The position numbers and the translations under genes were made by a program. This document shows positions 1 to 7,552 of a stretch of 26,219 nucleotides of DNA, piece after piece. The stretch is from a virus (Duplodnaviria; Caudoviricetes): positions 1 to 26,219 of IMG/VR virus record IMGVR_UViG_3300002091_000104; one strand, written 5' to 3'. Within the stretch, counting starts at the first letter, position 1, and each line of letters begins with the position of its first letter. The notes beneath the pieces were generated by a model. It had not been told where the DNA came from. It did not search any database and saw nothing but the letters and a program-made list of their open reading frames with translations.

Positions 1-875
1 ACTCTGTCCCATTTTCTATTTAACACCGGTAAATTTAATTTAAGTATCTTTTCTTTTATATTTTTCATAATTTCAATTTTAGTTATTGAAATAAATGATA
101 ACCCTTCATTATTAATGATACCCTTTTTAAAATCATTATTTGTTAAATGATTAACCATAAAATTTAAATTACCTAACCAAGATTTATGACATTTAATCCT
201 TAAATACCCCTTATTATCTATTGTACCATCCCCATCAATAAAACCAATTATAAAACTAAATAAATCATCATTATATAAATTACTTAACAAACAAGGATTG
301 TAAGTTTTATTACTTGTAATATTAAATGTATCCACTAACCAATCATTAATGTCGGTGTAATTAATACTTATTCGAGGTAATATTATTTTTTTCTTATATT
401 CAACATATTCGGACAATTTTATTAAATGAGGTAAATCTTTTTCCGATAAGTTAATTTGAATTTGTTTTATTTTATCATTAAAATGTCCGTCAGCCATAAT
501 AAAACCTAACCAATAATAAGATTCATTAGTTCCATTTTTTAATTTGTGTGAGTTTGAAATTCTTACCCCCCTTTTAATTCCAAGTAAAAAAGCTTTATTC
601 TGTATTGAAGACCACCCTCTATTTAGATAATTCATAATTTCATATTTATCTAAATGGGGATAATTATGTGATAAATATTCTATTTCTGAGTCGTCCCATA
701 TAGATACATCATTACCTTTAATTGTTGTTTTTCTACGATTTAATGATAACTTACTCGCTCTACTTTGAATTGAACACCAACCTCTATTTAAATCATTTAT
801 TAATTTATTTTTATCACCAGTGCTATAATTTTTGATTAGATATTCATCATCGTCATTTAACCATTTTGTTTTCAT
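1..875 (-). CDS. Double-motif LAGLIDADG homing endonuclease with two N-terminal Myb/HTH-like repeats (3' end runs off the window)
   Basis: Hand translation from ATG at 875 (MKTKWLNDDDEYL...) is open to position 1. Motifs YWLGFIMADGHF and FIIGFIDGDGTI are present, and the unit EYL...Y...LNRGW.SIQ..A..L occurs twice. Absent from the ORF track because no stop lies in the window. Confidence 0.88.
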   Translation of the reverse strand, partial: MKTKWLNDDDEYLIKNYSTGDKNKLINDLNRGWCSIQSRASKLSLNRRKTTIKGNDVSIWDDSEIEYLSHNYPHLDKYEIMNYLNRGWSSIQNKAFLLGIKRGVRISNSHKLKNGTNESYYWLGFIMADGHFNDKIKQIQINLSEKDLPHLIKLSEYVEYKKKIILPRISINYTDINDWLVDTFNITSNKTYNPCLLSNLYNDDLFSFIIGFIDGDGTIDNKGYLRIKCHKSWLGNLNFMVNHLTNNDFKKGIINNEGLSFISITKIEIMKNIKEKILKLNLPVLNRKWDR

Positions 876-930
876 ATTATATTGCCTATATATATAAATA
901 TCTCAAATTAAAGTAAAAGATTAAATACTA

Positions 931-1365
931 TTAAATTTCTTTTTTTAACTCCCTGTCTAAATCTCTAATCTTTATTTGATTTTTTTTATCGTGTATCTTT
1001 TTTCCTTTGGCGAGAGCAATCTCCATTTTAATTAGACCTTTATCGTTCAGGAATAATCTGTAGGGAATTATAGTTAAACCATTGGTGAGTTGATTCTCCA
1101 AGTTGTTTAACTCTTTTCGTTTAAGTAAAAGTTTTCTGTCCCGGGTTGTATCGTGAGAGGAACCATAACCATAATCGGAGATGTTCATCCCTTTAACAAA
1201 TAACTCACCATTATTAAAATAACAATAACCTTCAGAGATGGATGCTTTACCACCTCTAATTGATTTAACTTCACTGCCAAGTAATGAAACCCCCGCAATT
1301 TCTGTTTGGATAAATTCATATTCAAACTTGGCTTTCTTATTGATTATGTTGATTGATTTTTTCAT
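931..1365 (-). CDS. smpB: SsrA-binding protein SmpB
   Basis: NKKAKFEY, AGVSLLGSEVKSIR, RDRKLLL and ALAKGKKIHDKK motifs are typical of SmpB. Confidence 0.96.
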   Translation of the reverse strand: MKKSINIINKKAKFEYEFIQTEIAGVSLLGSEVKSIRGGKASISEGYCYFNNGELFVKGMNISDYGYGSSHDTTRDRKLLLKRKELNNLENQLTNGLTIIPYRLFLNDKGLIKMEIALAKGKKIHDKKNQIKIRDLDRELKKEI

Positions 1366-1369
1366 ACGA

Positions 1370-1377
1370 CAAAGATA
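1370..1377 (-). promoter_or_regulatory. Bacteroidota-type -7 promoter element (TATCTTTG) for smpB
   Basis: Matches TAnnTTTG, 4 nt upstream of the ATG; the same motif recurs about 11 times upstream of minus-strand units. Confidence 0.6.
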
Positions 1378-1457
1378 ATAATTTTTTTTGTAATTTTTAA
1401 AATATTTTTTAACTTTTACTTAATTTGTATATATTTATATATAAATAGATATACATA

Positions 1458-1604
1458 ATGGAAAATAAAGAAAAAACATTTTTAGTTCGATTAGAAAAAG
1501 ATTTACACGAAAAATATAAAAATTTATGTAAACAAAAGGGTTATAATATGAGTCAACAAATAAGAAATTTTATTAAAAAACAACTTCAAGATAATGAACA
1601 ATAA
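1458..1604 (+). CDS. Small ribbon-helix-helix DNA-binding protein (48 aa)
   Basis: MENKEKTFLVRLEKDLHEKYKNLCKQKGYNMSQQIRNFIKKQLQDNEQ: beta strand FLVRL, helix, G-x-(N/S)-M-S turn, helix. Overlaps the next ATG. Confidence 0.75.
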   Translation: MENKEKTFLVRLEKDLHEKYKNLCKQKGYNMSQQIRNFIKKQLQDNEQ

Positions 1605-2550
1605 AATAACCACAGAAATTTTTATTAAAAAATCTAAAGAAATTCACGGTAATAGATACAATTATTCTTCGTGTGTTTATATAAATAAAAGAATTAAAGT
1701 GAAAATTATTTGTAAAGAACACGGAGAATTTGAACAGTTCCCCCAAAATCATTTAAGAGGTAGTGGATGTCTAAAATGTTCAGGGAAAAATTTAACCATC
1801 TCAGAATTTATAAATAAATCCAATATTTCACACAAAAATAAATATGACTATTCATTAGTCGATTCTACTAAATCTTTTGAGAAAATAAATATTATCTGTC
1901 CAACGCACGGTGTATTTGAGACAATAACCAGTAATCACGTAAAAGGTTCCGGAGGTTGTTTAAAATGTGTTATTAATAAAAAAACATCAAATAATGAAGA
2001 GTTTATAAATAAATCAAATACAGTCCATAATAACGAATATGATTATTCGTTAGTCAATTATAATAATTCAAAAAGTAAAGTTAAAATAGTTTGTAAAGAA
2101 CACGGAGAATTTGAACAAACCCCTAATATGCACTTAAAAGGTCAAGGATGTCCGGTTTGCAGATACATTAAATCATCCAAAAAAAATAAAAATTCATCAC
2201 ACAGTTTTTCATTAAAAAGTTGGAATACACAAATTTCACAAAACCCCGATTCTAATCCAAAATTATATATTTTAAAATGTTATAATGAAATAGAAACATT
2301 TATTAAAGTTGGAATAACTTTTAATGATGTTAAAGTTAGATTTTACGGAAAAAGAATGCCATATGAATATGAAGTATTAAATGAGGTGACGAATAGTTCT
2401 GACTATATTTTTAATCTTGAGAAAGAAACACATAAAAATTTCAAATCAAAAAAATATGACCCATTATTAAAATTTCCAGGAAATAGTGAATGTTACAATA
2501 TGAGTGAATTAGACAATATTGTTAATTATATTATAAACAAAAAAAGGTAA
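1594..2550 (+). CDS. Putative homing endonuclease: three DUF723-like Cys/His repeats plus C-terminal GIY-YIG-like domain
   Basis: Three YxYS...I.C..HG.F......H..G.GC..C repeats; C-terminal LYILK...IKVGIT...RF...LEK..H...G.SECY. Confidence 0.75.
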   Translation: MNNKITTEIFIKKSKEIHGNRYNYSSCVYINKRIKVKIICKEHGEFEQFPQNHLRGSGCLKCSGKNLTISEFINKSNISHKNKYDYSLVDSTKSFEKINIICPTHGVFETITSNHVKGSGGCLKCVINKKTSNNEEFINKSNTVHNNEYDYSLVNYNNSKSKVKIVCKEHGEFEQTPNMHLKGQGCPVCRYIKSSKKNKNSSHSFSLKSWNTQISQNPDSNPKLYILKCYNEIETFIKVGITFNDVKVRFYGKRMPYEYEVLNEVTNSSDYIFNLEKETHKNFKSKKYDPLLKFPGNSECYNMSELDNIVNYIINKKR

Positions 2551-2574
2551 CACAAATAAATGAGTTACCTTTTT
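2541..2574. terminator. Bidirectional intrinsic terminator
   Basis: AAAAAGGTAAC...GTTACCTTTTT inverted repeat between convergent units. Confidence 0.75.
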
Positions 2575-2579
2575 GGCTA

Positions 2580-3425
2580 AATACGATGAGAATACTCGTC
2601 TTACTAAGAATCTTTTGAAGGATTATTGTTTCCCTTCGTTTCCATCAACTTTTGGTTGATAATTCTTAACACCGGTTATTTAGGATAACCATACCTTAGG
2701 GTCTTAATTACTCTCCTGATACTCAATCCTATTCAAGTTTGCGACCTGATTCGGGGTTCGACCCCCTATAAGTTTTTCACAGAAATCTAATCAGTCTTGC
2801 GGACATCTTAGGCTACCGACAGCCGGTAACTAAGTTGGTGTCTTACATCAAAACCCGGTAAACACTTTTGCTCTATATCTTTTAGTTTTTCACCATATTG
2901 AAAATAGTAATTGTGTTGTGGATGAATCAAAGAAGTGGTCTACCATAAGCTCCATAACCTTTTGGGTTAAAGAATACTAAACTTCTTCGTGAGATATCCC
3001 TATCTCGGTAATTTAAGAATTCTTCGAATCAAAATCTTGGTAGATGTTTGATAAGGATAATGACAGCACCACCTGTTACTTATCTTGTCTTTCGACTTTA
3101 AGATTTCTCTTGTACTGGAACCCGCAATCATAAAGTTGGATGACTTTATTTCTCACATAGTCCCTATGAGTTATTCTTAAATTGGAGTTCCCCCCTCAAC
3201 CGAAAGACCCACATCTCCCGGTCAGTAATCCATTTCCCTACGAAGTTATCCTCGGTACTACAGGTTTACTGATATCTCACTTGTATACTCGAGCTCCCTT
3301 TCAGAAGCCCCAAACTTAATAACACAACTAAGTTCGGTTTATATTGAATTTCTTCAATTTATTTAAGGATGATATACCACCCATTATCATTTTTTACTCC
3401 ACCGAAGTGGGTAAAGGATAATCCA
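2580..3425 (-). ncRNA. Large structured ncRNA (~850 nt), GOLLD-like candidate
   Basis: No ORF of 60 aa or more; GC above flanks; many short hairpins (e.g. GTC-GAAA-GAC, ATCAAC-CAAAA-GTTGAT, GGTTAT..ATAACC); own promoter, boxA-like site and terminator; adjacent to tRNAs. Size and context fit GOLLD; the family call is not verified. Confidence 0.62.
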
Positions 3426-3429
3426 AAAT

Positions 3430-3497
3430 TTTTAAGAACGTCTTGAGGTTTTCCTCATTTGTTTTACAAAGGTAAGTGATTTTTTTCATTTGTCAAG
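3430..3497 (-). promoter_or_regulatory. Promoter (TTGACA ... TACCTTTG) followed by boxA-like GTTCTTAAAA
   Basis: -7 element at 3467-3474, TTGACA near 3491-3496, boxA-like at 3430-3439 (identical 10-mer at 4098-4107). Confidence 0.6.
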
Positions 3498-3521
3498 CAC
3501 TTTATAAAACTTTTTTTTTAA

Positions 3522-3751
3522 TCTGTGATAAGACCTTAAGATTTACTCATTCGTAGGTCACCCATTCTGTACTACCTAAAACTCGCCTTTAACATCCGTT
3601 CTACCCAAACCATCGTTTATTTCTTGTTAACCTCACGGTTATCTTTGAGTACCTCCTCAACTGTAATCTGATAGGGGCTCCATATTGCTCGTCATTTCTG
3701 ACTCCCTATGGGGTTCTGCTGTAATAGGTCTATCTGATATCTTATCACAGA
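3522..3751 (-). ncRNA. Unknown ~230-nt structured RNA closed by a 12-bp terminal stem
   Basis: TCTGTGATAAGA (3522-3533) is the exact reverse complement of TCTTATCACAGA (3740-3751); internal hairpins; no ORF; directly 3' of a tRNA-like gene. Confidence 0.5.
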
Positions 3752-3762
3752 ATAATCTATTG

Positions 3763-3853
3763 TGACACCGACAGGCTTCGAACCTATGGCACAGAGTCTT
3801 TCGTTACTCCTGCTCTACCAAGGGAAATAAATCTCCCACTGAGCTACAGTGTC
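3763..3853 (-). tRNA. Atypical tRNA-like gene (hairpin inserted in D-loop, 8-nt anticodon loop AACGAAAG)
   Basis: Acceptor GACACTG/CGGTGTC-A; D arm GCTC...GAGC containing GGGAGATTTATTTCCC; T arm ATAGG-TTCGAAG-CCTGT. Confidence 0.7.
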
Positions 3854-4007
3854 ATTTAATCCTAACTTGTTATGGCGATTACATTTTTCAGTAACACGTT
3901 AGATGCGAAGGGCTACCTCCCGAACTGGTTACGGGTCATACACAATCTCATTTTCCTCACATACCATAACGACCGATTGAACCTAAGTCGTTAATTAGAA
4001 TATATTG

Positions 4008-4085
4008 TAGTGGACGTATGCTCTACCATCTGAGCTACGGGGTTAAGACCGGAGGGATTTGAATCCTCGACACAACGTCCACCTA
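4008..4085 (-). ncRNA. Circularly permuted tRNA-like RNA (T arm, looped acceptor, D arm), YrlA-like topology
   Basis: GTGGACGT-TGTGTC-GAGGATTCAAATCCCTC-CGGTCTTAACCCCG-TAGCTCAGATGGTAGAGC-AT-ACGTCCAC: the T arm precedes the D arm and the two ends pair. Confidence 0.7.
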
Positions 4086-4097
4086 TTTTTTCAATAA

Positions 4098-4152
4098 TTT
4101 TAAGAACTTTATTTCTTCTACAAAGATAATACTTTTATTTTAATATATCAAA
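4098..4152 (-). promoter_or_regulatory. Bacteroidota-type promoter plus boxA-like site for the ncRNA cluster
   Basis: TTTG near 4149-4152, TATCTTTG at 4121-4128, GTTCTTAAAA at 4098-4107. Confidence 0.65.
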
Positions 4153-4311
4153 TTATTTTAAAAATAATTCTATTAATTTTGTTAGACCAAAACTAAAACA
4201 CATTCCGGATACAAAATAACTGAATGCTGGATTTCTACCATTTTCTTTTTGTGTTTTTGCGGAGTATAGGTTTAATCCCATCAATCCGAATTGTAATAAT
4301 ACTATTTCCAT
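4153..4311 (-). CDS. Small hydrophobic hypothetical protein (52 aa)
   Basis: Hand translation MEIVLLQFGLMGLNLYSAK...FSYFVSGMCFSFGLTKLIELFLK; tightly packed after the upstream ORF. Confidence 0.55.
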   Translation of the reverse strand: MEIVLLQFGLMGLNLYSAKTQKENGRNPAFSYFVSGMCFSFGLTKLIELFLK

Positions 4312-4318
4312 AATTTAT

Positions 4319-4504
4319 TTAGTTTGTTTTTTGTTCTACAATTAATAAAGCTTCATCTCGATTTTCAGCCTCAAACGGACCGGTAACCGTTTTACAAAAT
4401 GGACTCTCCATTGCTTCTTGAATATCCAATCTATCAAAGTATCTTTTCACTTGATAGGTTCCGGAGGTATGTTTATAACCCCACCATAATAATTTACTTT
4501 CCAT
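4319..4504 (-). CDS. Hypothetical phage protein
   Basis: ORF in a tightly packed operon. Confidence 0.7.
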   Translation of the reverse strand: MESKLLWWGYKHTSGTYQVKRYFDRLDIQEAMESPFCKTVTGPFEAENRDEALLIVEQKTN

Positions 4505-4505
4505 C

Positions 4506-4766
4506 TTATATTTTATTTACAATCTCACTCATTTTAGTTACTAATGTTGACATTTTATCTAACATAACTGAGGATTCTGTTGGTTCGTAACATTCCATTT
4601 GGTCAATCTCATCTTCAATGGTCTTCTTACCATTCTTTTCCCACCACTCTTTGACTTCATTATCTTTTCCAGATAAACAAATTCTTTGTGTTGGTTTTTC
4701 ACCCCAAAAATCAGTTGCTGATTTGTAATGTTTACAATTGTTACAACCTCTATCTCTCAAACTCAT
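4506..4766 (-). CDS. Hypothetical protein with CxxC
   Basis: ORF in operon; CNNC...C. Confidence 0.65.
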   Translation of the reverse strand: MSLRDRGCNNCKHYKSATDFWGEKPTQRICLSGKDNEVKEWWEKNGKKTIEDEIDQMECYEPTESSVMLDKMSTLVTKMSEIVNKI

Positions 4767-4953
4767 CTAATTTATCTTTTATCTGTTCAATACAATCATC
4801 AACTAACGGCCAAACTTTTGACGTTAAATTAAAGTATTTGAAATATAAATTGTGGTCGGCATTCTCACCTTTTTCCTCAATTTCTTTATCAATCTTTCCC
4901 AACATATCGTGAAAACGATTAACTTGTTTTAGATGTTCTTCTCTTGGTATCAT
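4750..4953 (-). CDS. Hypothetical protein
   Basis: ORF directly after the tRNA; ends in TAG with a TAA three codons later. Confidence 0.65.
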   Translation of the reverse strand: MIPREEHLKQVNRFHDMLGKIDKEIEEKGENADHNLYFKYFNLTSKVWPLVDDCIEQIKDKLDEFER

Positions 4954-4967
4954 ACTAAATTATTTTG

Positions 4968-5039
4968 TGGCTCCGAGGGGATTCGAACCCCCCATTACAA
5001 GTTTTAGAGACCGTCGTGTAACCATTACACTTCGGAGCC
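4968..5039 (-). tRNA. Amber suppressor tRNA (anticodon CUA)
   Basis: GGCTCCG/CGGAGCC-A acceptor, GTGT/ACAC D stem, loop CT-CTA-AA (anticodon 5007-5005), GGGGG-TTCGAAT-CCCCT T arm. The anticodon stem needs a one-nucleotide bulge. Confidence 0.85.
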
Positions 5040-5071
5040 AAATTGGATTGGTATCTCAACCAATCCGAGTA

Positions 5072-5101
5072 CAAAGATAGTACTATTTTTTATTCTACCA
5101 A
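5072..5101 (-). promoter_or_regulatory. Bacteroidota-type promoter for the suppressor tRNA
   Basis: TTTG near 5099-5102 and TATCTTTG at 5072-5079, followed by a GGATTGGTTGAGATACCAATCC hairpin. Confidence 0.65.
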
Positions 5102-5362
5102 ACTTTTTTCAAGTTTTTCTTGTCTTTTTTTTAAGACACGTTTTTTATCACGTTTATCGTACCAATAAGAACCCAATAGTTCTGTACACTTTTTATCCAT
5201 CTCAACAATCTTATCGAATAACTCAATCTTTTGTTGGTCTGTTAATTTCTCTGTTTTAACTCTCCATTTATCTCTGTTCTTAACAGGATTAGGGTTTAAT
5301 AGTTTGTGTACTAAATTACTGAAAGTACTTTTAATCATCGGTGTTTGCGTATTTGTTTTCAT
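5090..5362 (-). CDS. Hypothetical basic protein
   Basis: ORF track; third gene of the operon. Confidence 0.7.
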   Translation of the reverse strand: MKTNTQTPMIKSTFSNLVHKLLNPNPVKNRDKWRVKTEKLTDQQKIELFDKIVEMDKKCTELLGSYWYDKRDKKRVLKKRQEKLEKSLVE

Positions 5363-5371
5363 TTCTTTATT

Positions 5372-5629
5372 TTATTTAATTTTAGCGATTATGTTTTTTT
5401 CCCCATCTTCTTCCAAGGTCAAATAACCTTTGATTTTGATACTCCCTTTAGTGTGGGGGTTGTCAGGAGTTTCCTTTGTTGAGAATCCCACTCCGGGACT
5501 TACATCAACGTGGTGAACATAATGAGTGTCGCCTCTACACTTAATAACCCACATCGGAATGTTTGGGTCAGTAAGATGTTTCTTGTTGAAATGAAATACA
5601 ATTTCACACTTTTTGTTAATCTACATCAT
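5372..5629 (-). CDS. Hypothetical protein with in-frame TAG at codon 3 (85 aa on readthrough)
   Basis: ATG ATG TAG ATT AAC AAA AAG TGT... is in frame with track ORF 5372..5554 (MM*INKKCEIVFHFNKKHLTDPNIPMWVIK...). Confidence 0.72.
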
Positions 5630-5649
5630 AACTTTTTTGTTTTTAAGGT

Positions 5650-5979
5650 TTATAAATTTTTTAATGATAATGGTAAGGATGAGGTCATCTTGGATGACAC
5701 ATCCGTGGATTCAAACGCAATGGATGTTAGTTGATAACCAATATCCGGTTCCTGAAAATAAGACACACTTATTCCTTGGTCGTTGAGTTTGTTTAATAAT
5801 TTTGTTAATGATTCTTCGTCTTTAACGGATAACGAAATTAAGTAGTTGTTATTCCATTGACGTGCCTTTTCCGGGTGTTCTAAAAAGAACTGAGAAATGG
5901 CGTGCCCGGATTGGGCAATTTGATAACCCGGTTTTAAGTCTCCTCGGGTAACGACGTAAAGTTTGTTAATCTATTTCAT
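5650..5979 (-). CDS. Peptidyl-tRNA hydrolase, Pth2-like, with in-frame TAG at codon 3 (109 aa on readthrough)
   Basis: MK*INKLYVVTRGDLKPGYQIAQSGHAISQF...W.N..LISLSV..E..L......F.EPDIG.QLTSIA....LPL matches the PTH2-family pattern. No ATG follows the TAG early enough to give an alternative start. Confidence 0.85.
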
Positions 5980-6020
5980 AATAATATAAATATAAGTTAT
6001 TAAATTAAAAAGTCAAATAA

Positions 6021-6150
6021 AAATTTTAATCGTAGGTTTCCAATCTACTCCGATAACTGTTGTCAATGTGATTTGGGTTAGTTTGCCTCTAACTTAGACA
6101 CCTCGGGTCCCAGCAACGCATTTGCTTCTTTGTGGGTTTGATTAAAATTT
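6021..6150 (-). ncRNA. Unknown ~130-nt RNA closed by an 11-bp terminal stem
   Basis: AAATTTTAATC / GATTAAAATTT ends; internal GTTAG..GCAA..CTAAC hairpin; directly 3' of a tRNA-like gene. Confidence 0.4.
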
Positions 6151-6151
6151 G

Positions 6152-6265
6152 TAGTCAGGACAGGAATCGAACCTGTAAGGTATAACCACTAAAAGCGTGG
6201 AGATGGAGGTCAATTCCTCTTTTACAATACCAACCTGTGAGCGTTTACCATTCCGCCACCTGACT
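6152..6265 (-). tRNA. tRNA-like RNA, AGTCAGG family, expanded centre with no canonical anticodon arm
   Basis: AGTCAGG/CCTGACT-A acceptor, Leu-like D arm GGCGGAATGGTAAACGC, ACAGG-TTCGATT-CCTGT T arm. Confidence 0.65.
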
Positions 6266-6388
6266 GTTTTGTAACGTTTAATCTGATAACCTTACGAAGA
6301 GTTGTTTCTATATTAATCCAATTGTAATGTTGGTTGTTGGAGGGAAAGTTACACATCTAAACCCATCAGGAGCTACCAACACCCCTTG

Positions 6389-6468
6389 TAGTCAGGACAG
6401 GACTCGAACCTGTAATTACCTCTTAATCTATAATACCGCAGTGTTCCCAATTATTTCACCACCCGACT
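6389..6468 (-). tRNA. tRNA-like RNA, AGTCAGG family, unpaired anticodon region
   Basis: AGTCGGG/CCTGACT-A acceptor, ACAGG-TTCGAGT-CCTGT T arm. Confidence 0.6.
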
Positions 6469-6526
6469 TCCGTTCTAACGAGAGCATCTCACCTCAAAGA
6501 CTGTTCATAAACTAGTTTAATTAGAG

Positions 6527-6628
6527 TAGTCAGGACAGGATTCGAACCTGTTCCGTCTTTACCATAAAGAGTCGGCCTTACCGTTACTCAACCTTGGGGA
6601 GGTGATACCAACCAATGGTCTCCTGACT
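6527..6628 (-). tRNA. tRNA-like RNA, AGTCAGG family, non-canonical centre
   Basis: AGTCAGG/CCTGACT-A acceptor, ACAGG-TTCGAAT-CCTGT T arm. Confidence 0.6.
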
Positions 6629-6780
6629 ATGTTTCGTTAATGTTAAAAACTGTTCAATCCCTGTAAAAACACATTAACTTCCTACTTACCTATATGGGCT
6701 CAGCCGTCCCGTTTCCATATTGATTTACCTGAAACTTCTTTGGGTTGTTGATTGACCACTCCCACTTACTCAAGTAGTTT

Positions 6781-7008
6781 TTAATTATCTAAATTATCTT
6801 TCAAAACCGGAACTGACTTTCTAAACTCTTCGTCAACGATTACACCCCAACTCATACCAATTGGATGTGTGTCATACCCCGAACTTCTTAGATTGTCTGC
6901 CACCCACGCCATTCTTTCACCTCTTGGTCTTTTACAAAAAACAGGGTCATTTGTGGTTACCAATACCATCTCAAACATCAGGTTAATAAGTTTTTGTTCT
7001 TTACCCAT
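6781..7008 (-). CDS. Hypothetical phage protein
   Basis: ORF in operon. Confidence 0.7.
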   Translation of the reverse strand: MGKEQKLINLMFEMVLVTTNDPVFCKRPRGERMAWVADNLRSSGYDTHPIGMSWGVIVDEEFRKSVPVLKDNLDN

Positions 7009-7009
7009 T

Positions 7010-7552
7010 TTATCTATTATATCTATTTCGATTAATCCCTAACGCCATTTCATATGAGTTCATAAAATCATCTCTATCATCATTAAAAAGATACGAAGAT
7101 TCTCTTAAAGTGTCAAATCCCCCTCTTCCGGTGTAAATCGTAAATGTTGGTTTACGTTTTTGTTTTTCCGGTAATTTAAAGTTACCCTCATTAGTCATAA
7201 AAATATCAAAATCTTTAATCGAACATATTGAAAAATCAAAGTTTAGTGATTTTTTCATTATACGGGTAAGAACCAGTAAACCTGTTTGGTCTAAAAGTTT
7301 CTTACTAATACCATCCCAACGATAATCCAATATTTTAACAGAAACAAGTATCTTATCTCTAATCGAGCCATCAAGTTTTATAACTTGAAATTTAAGAAAA
7401 TCTTTACTGTGTTCACTCTCCCAAAGATATTCATTATTATCGAGGAATAAACGTTTGTATGAGTCTATACTATGTTTTAAAGAACTTTCCATAATTACAT
7501 ACTCATCATCCATCCCATTCGGTTTTGCTCTTGATACTGAGAATATGTACAA
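7010..7552 (-). CDS. Hypothetical protein (true start probably the MDDEY Met near 7513)
   Basis: ORF track; overlap with the upstream gene suggests a later start. Confidence 0.65.
   Translation of the reverse strand: MYIFSVSRAKPNGMDDEYVIMESSLKHSIDSYKRLFLDNNEYLWESEHSKDFLKFQVIKLDGSIRDKILVSVKILDYRWDGISKKLLDQTGLLVLTRIMKKSLNFDFSICSIKDFDIFMTNEGNFKLPEKQKRKPTFTIYTGRGGFDTLRESSYLFNDDRDDFMNSYEMALGINRNRYNR

Noticed and set aside
4399-5734. Plus-strand ORFs 4399..4590, 4688..4912, 5510..5734 and similar shadows (7525, 9086, 10407, 11087, 20230, 21062, 22964, 25729)
   Set aside because: Antisense to better-supported minus-strand genes, with no protein-like motifs.
6150-6630. CRISPR array suggested by repeated GTAGTCAGGACAGGA.TCGAACCTGT
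   Set aside because: The repeats are tRNA T-arm/acceptor ends with irregular, long spacing; no cas genes.
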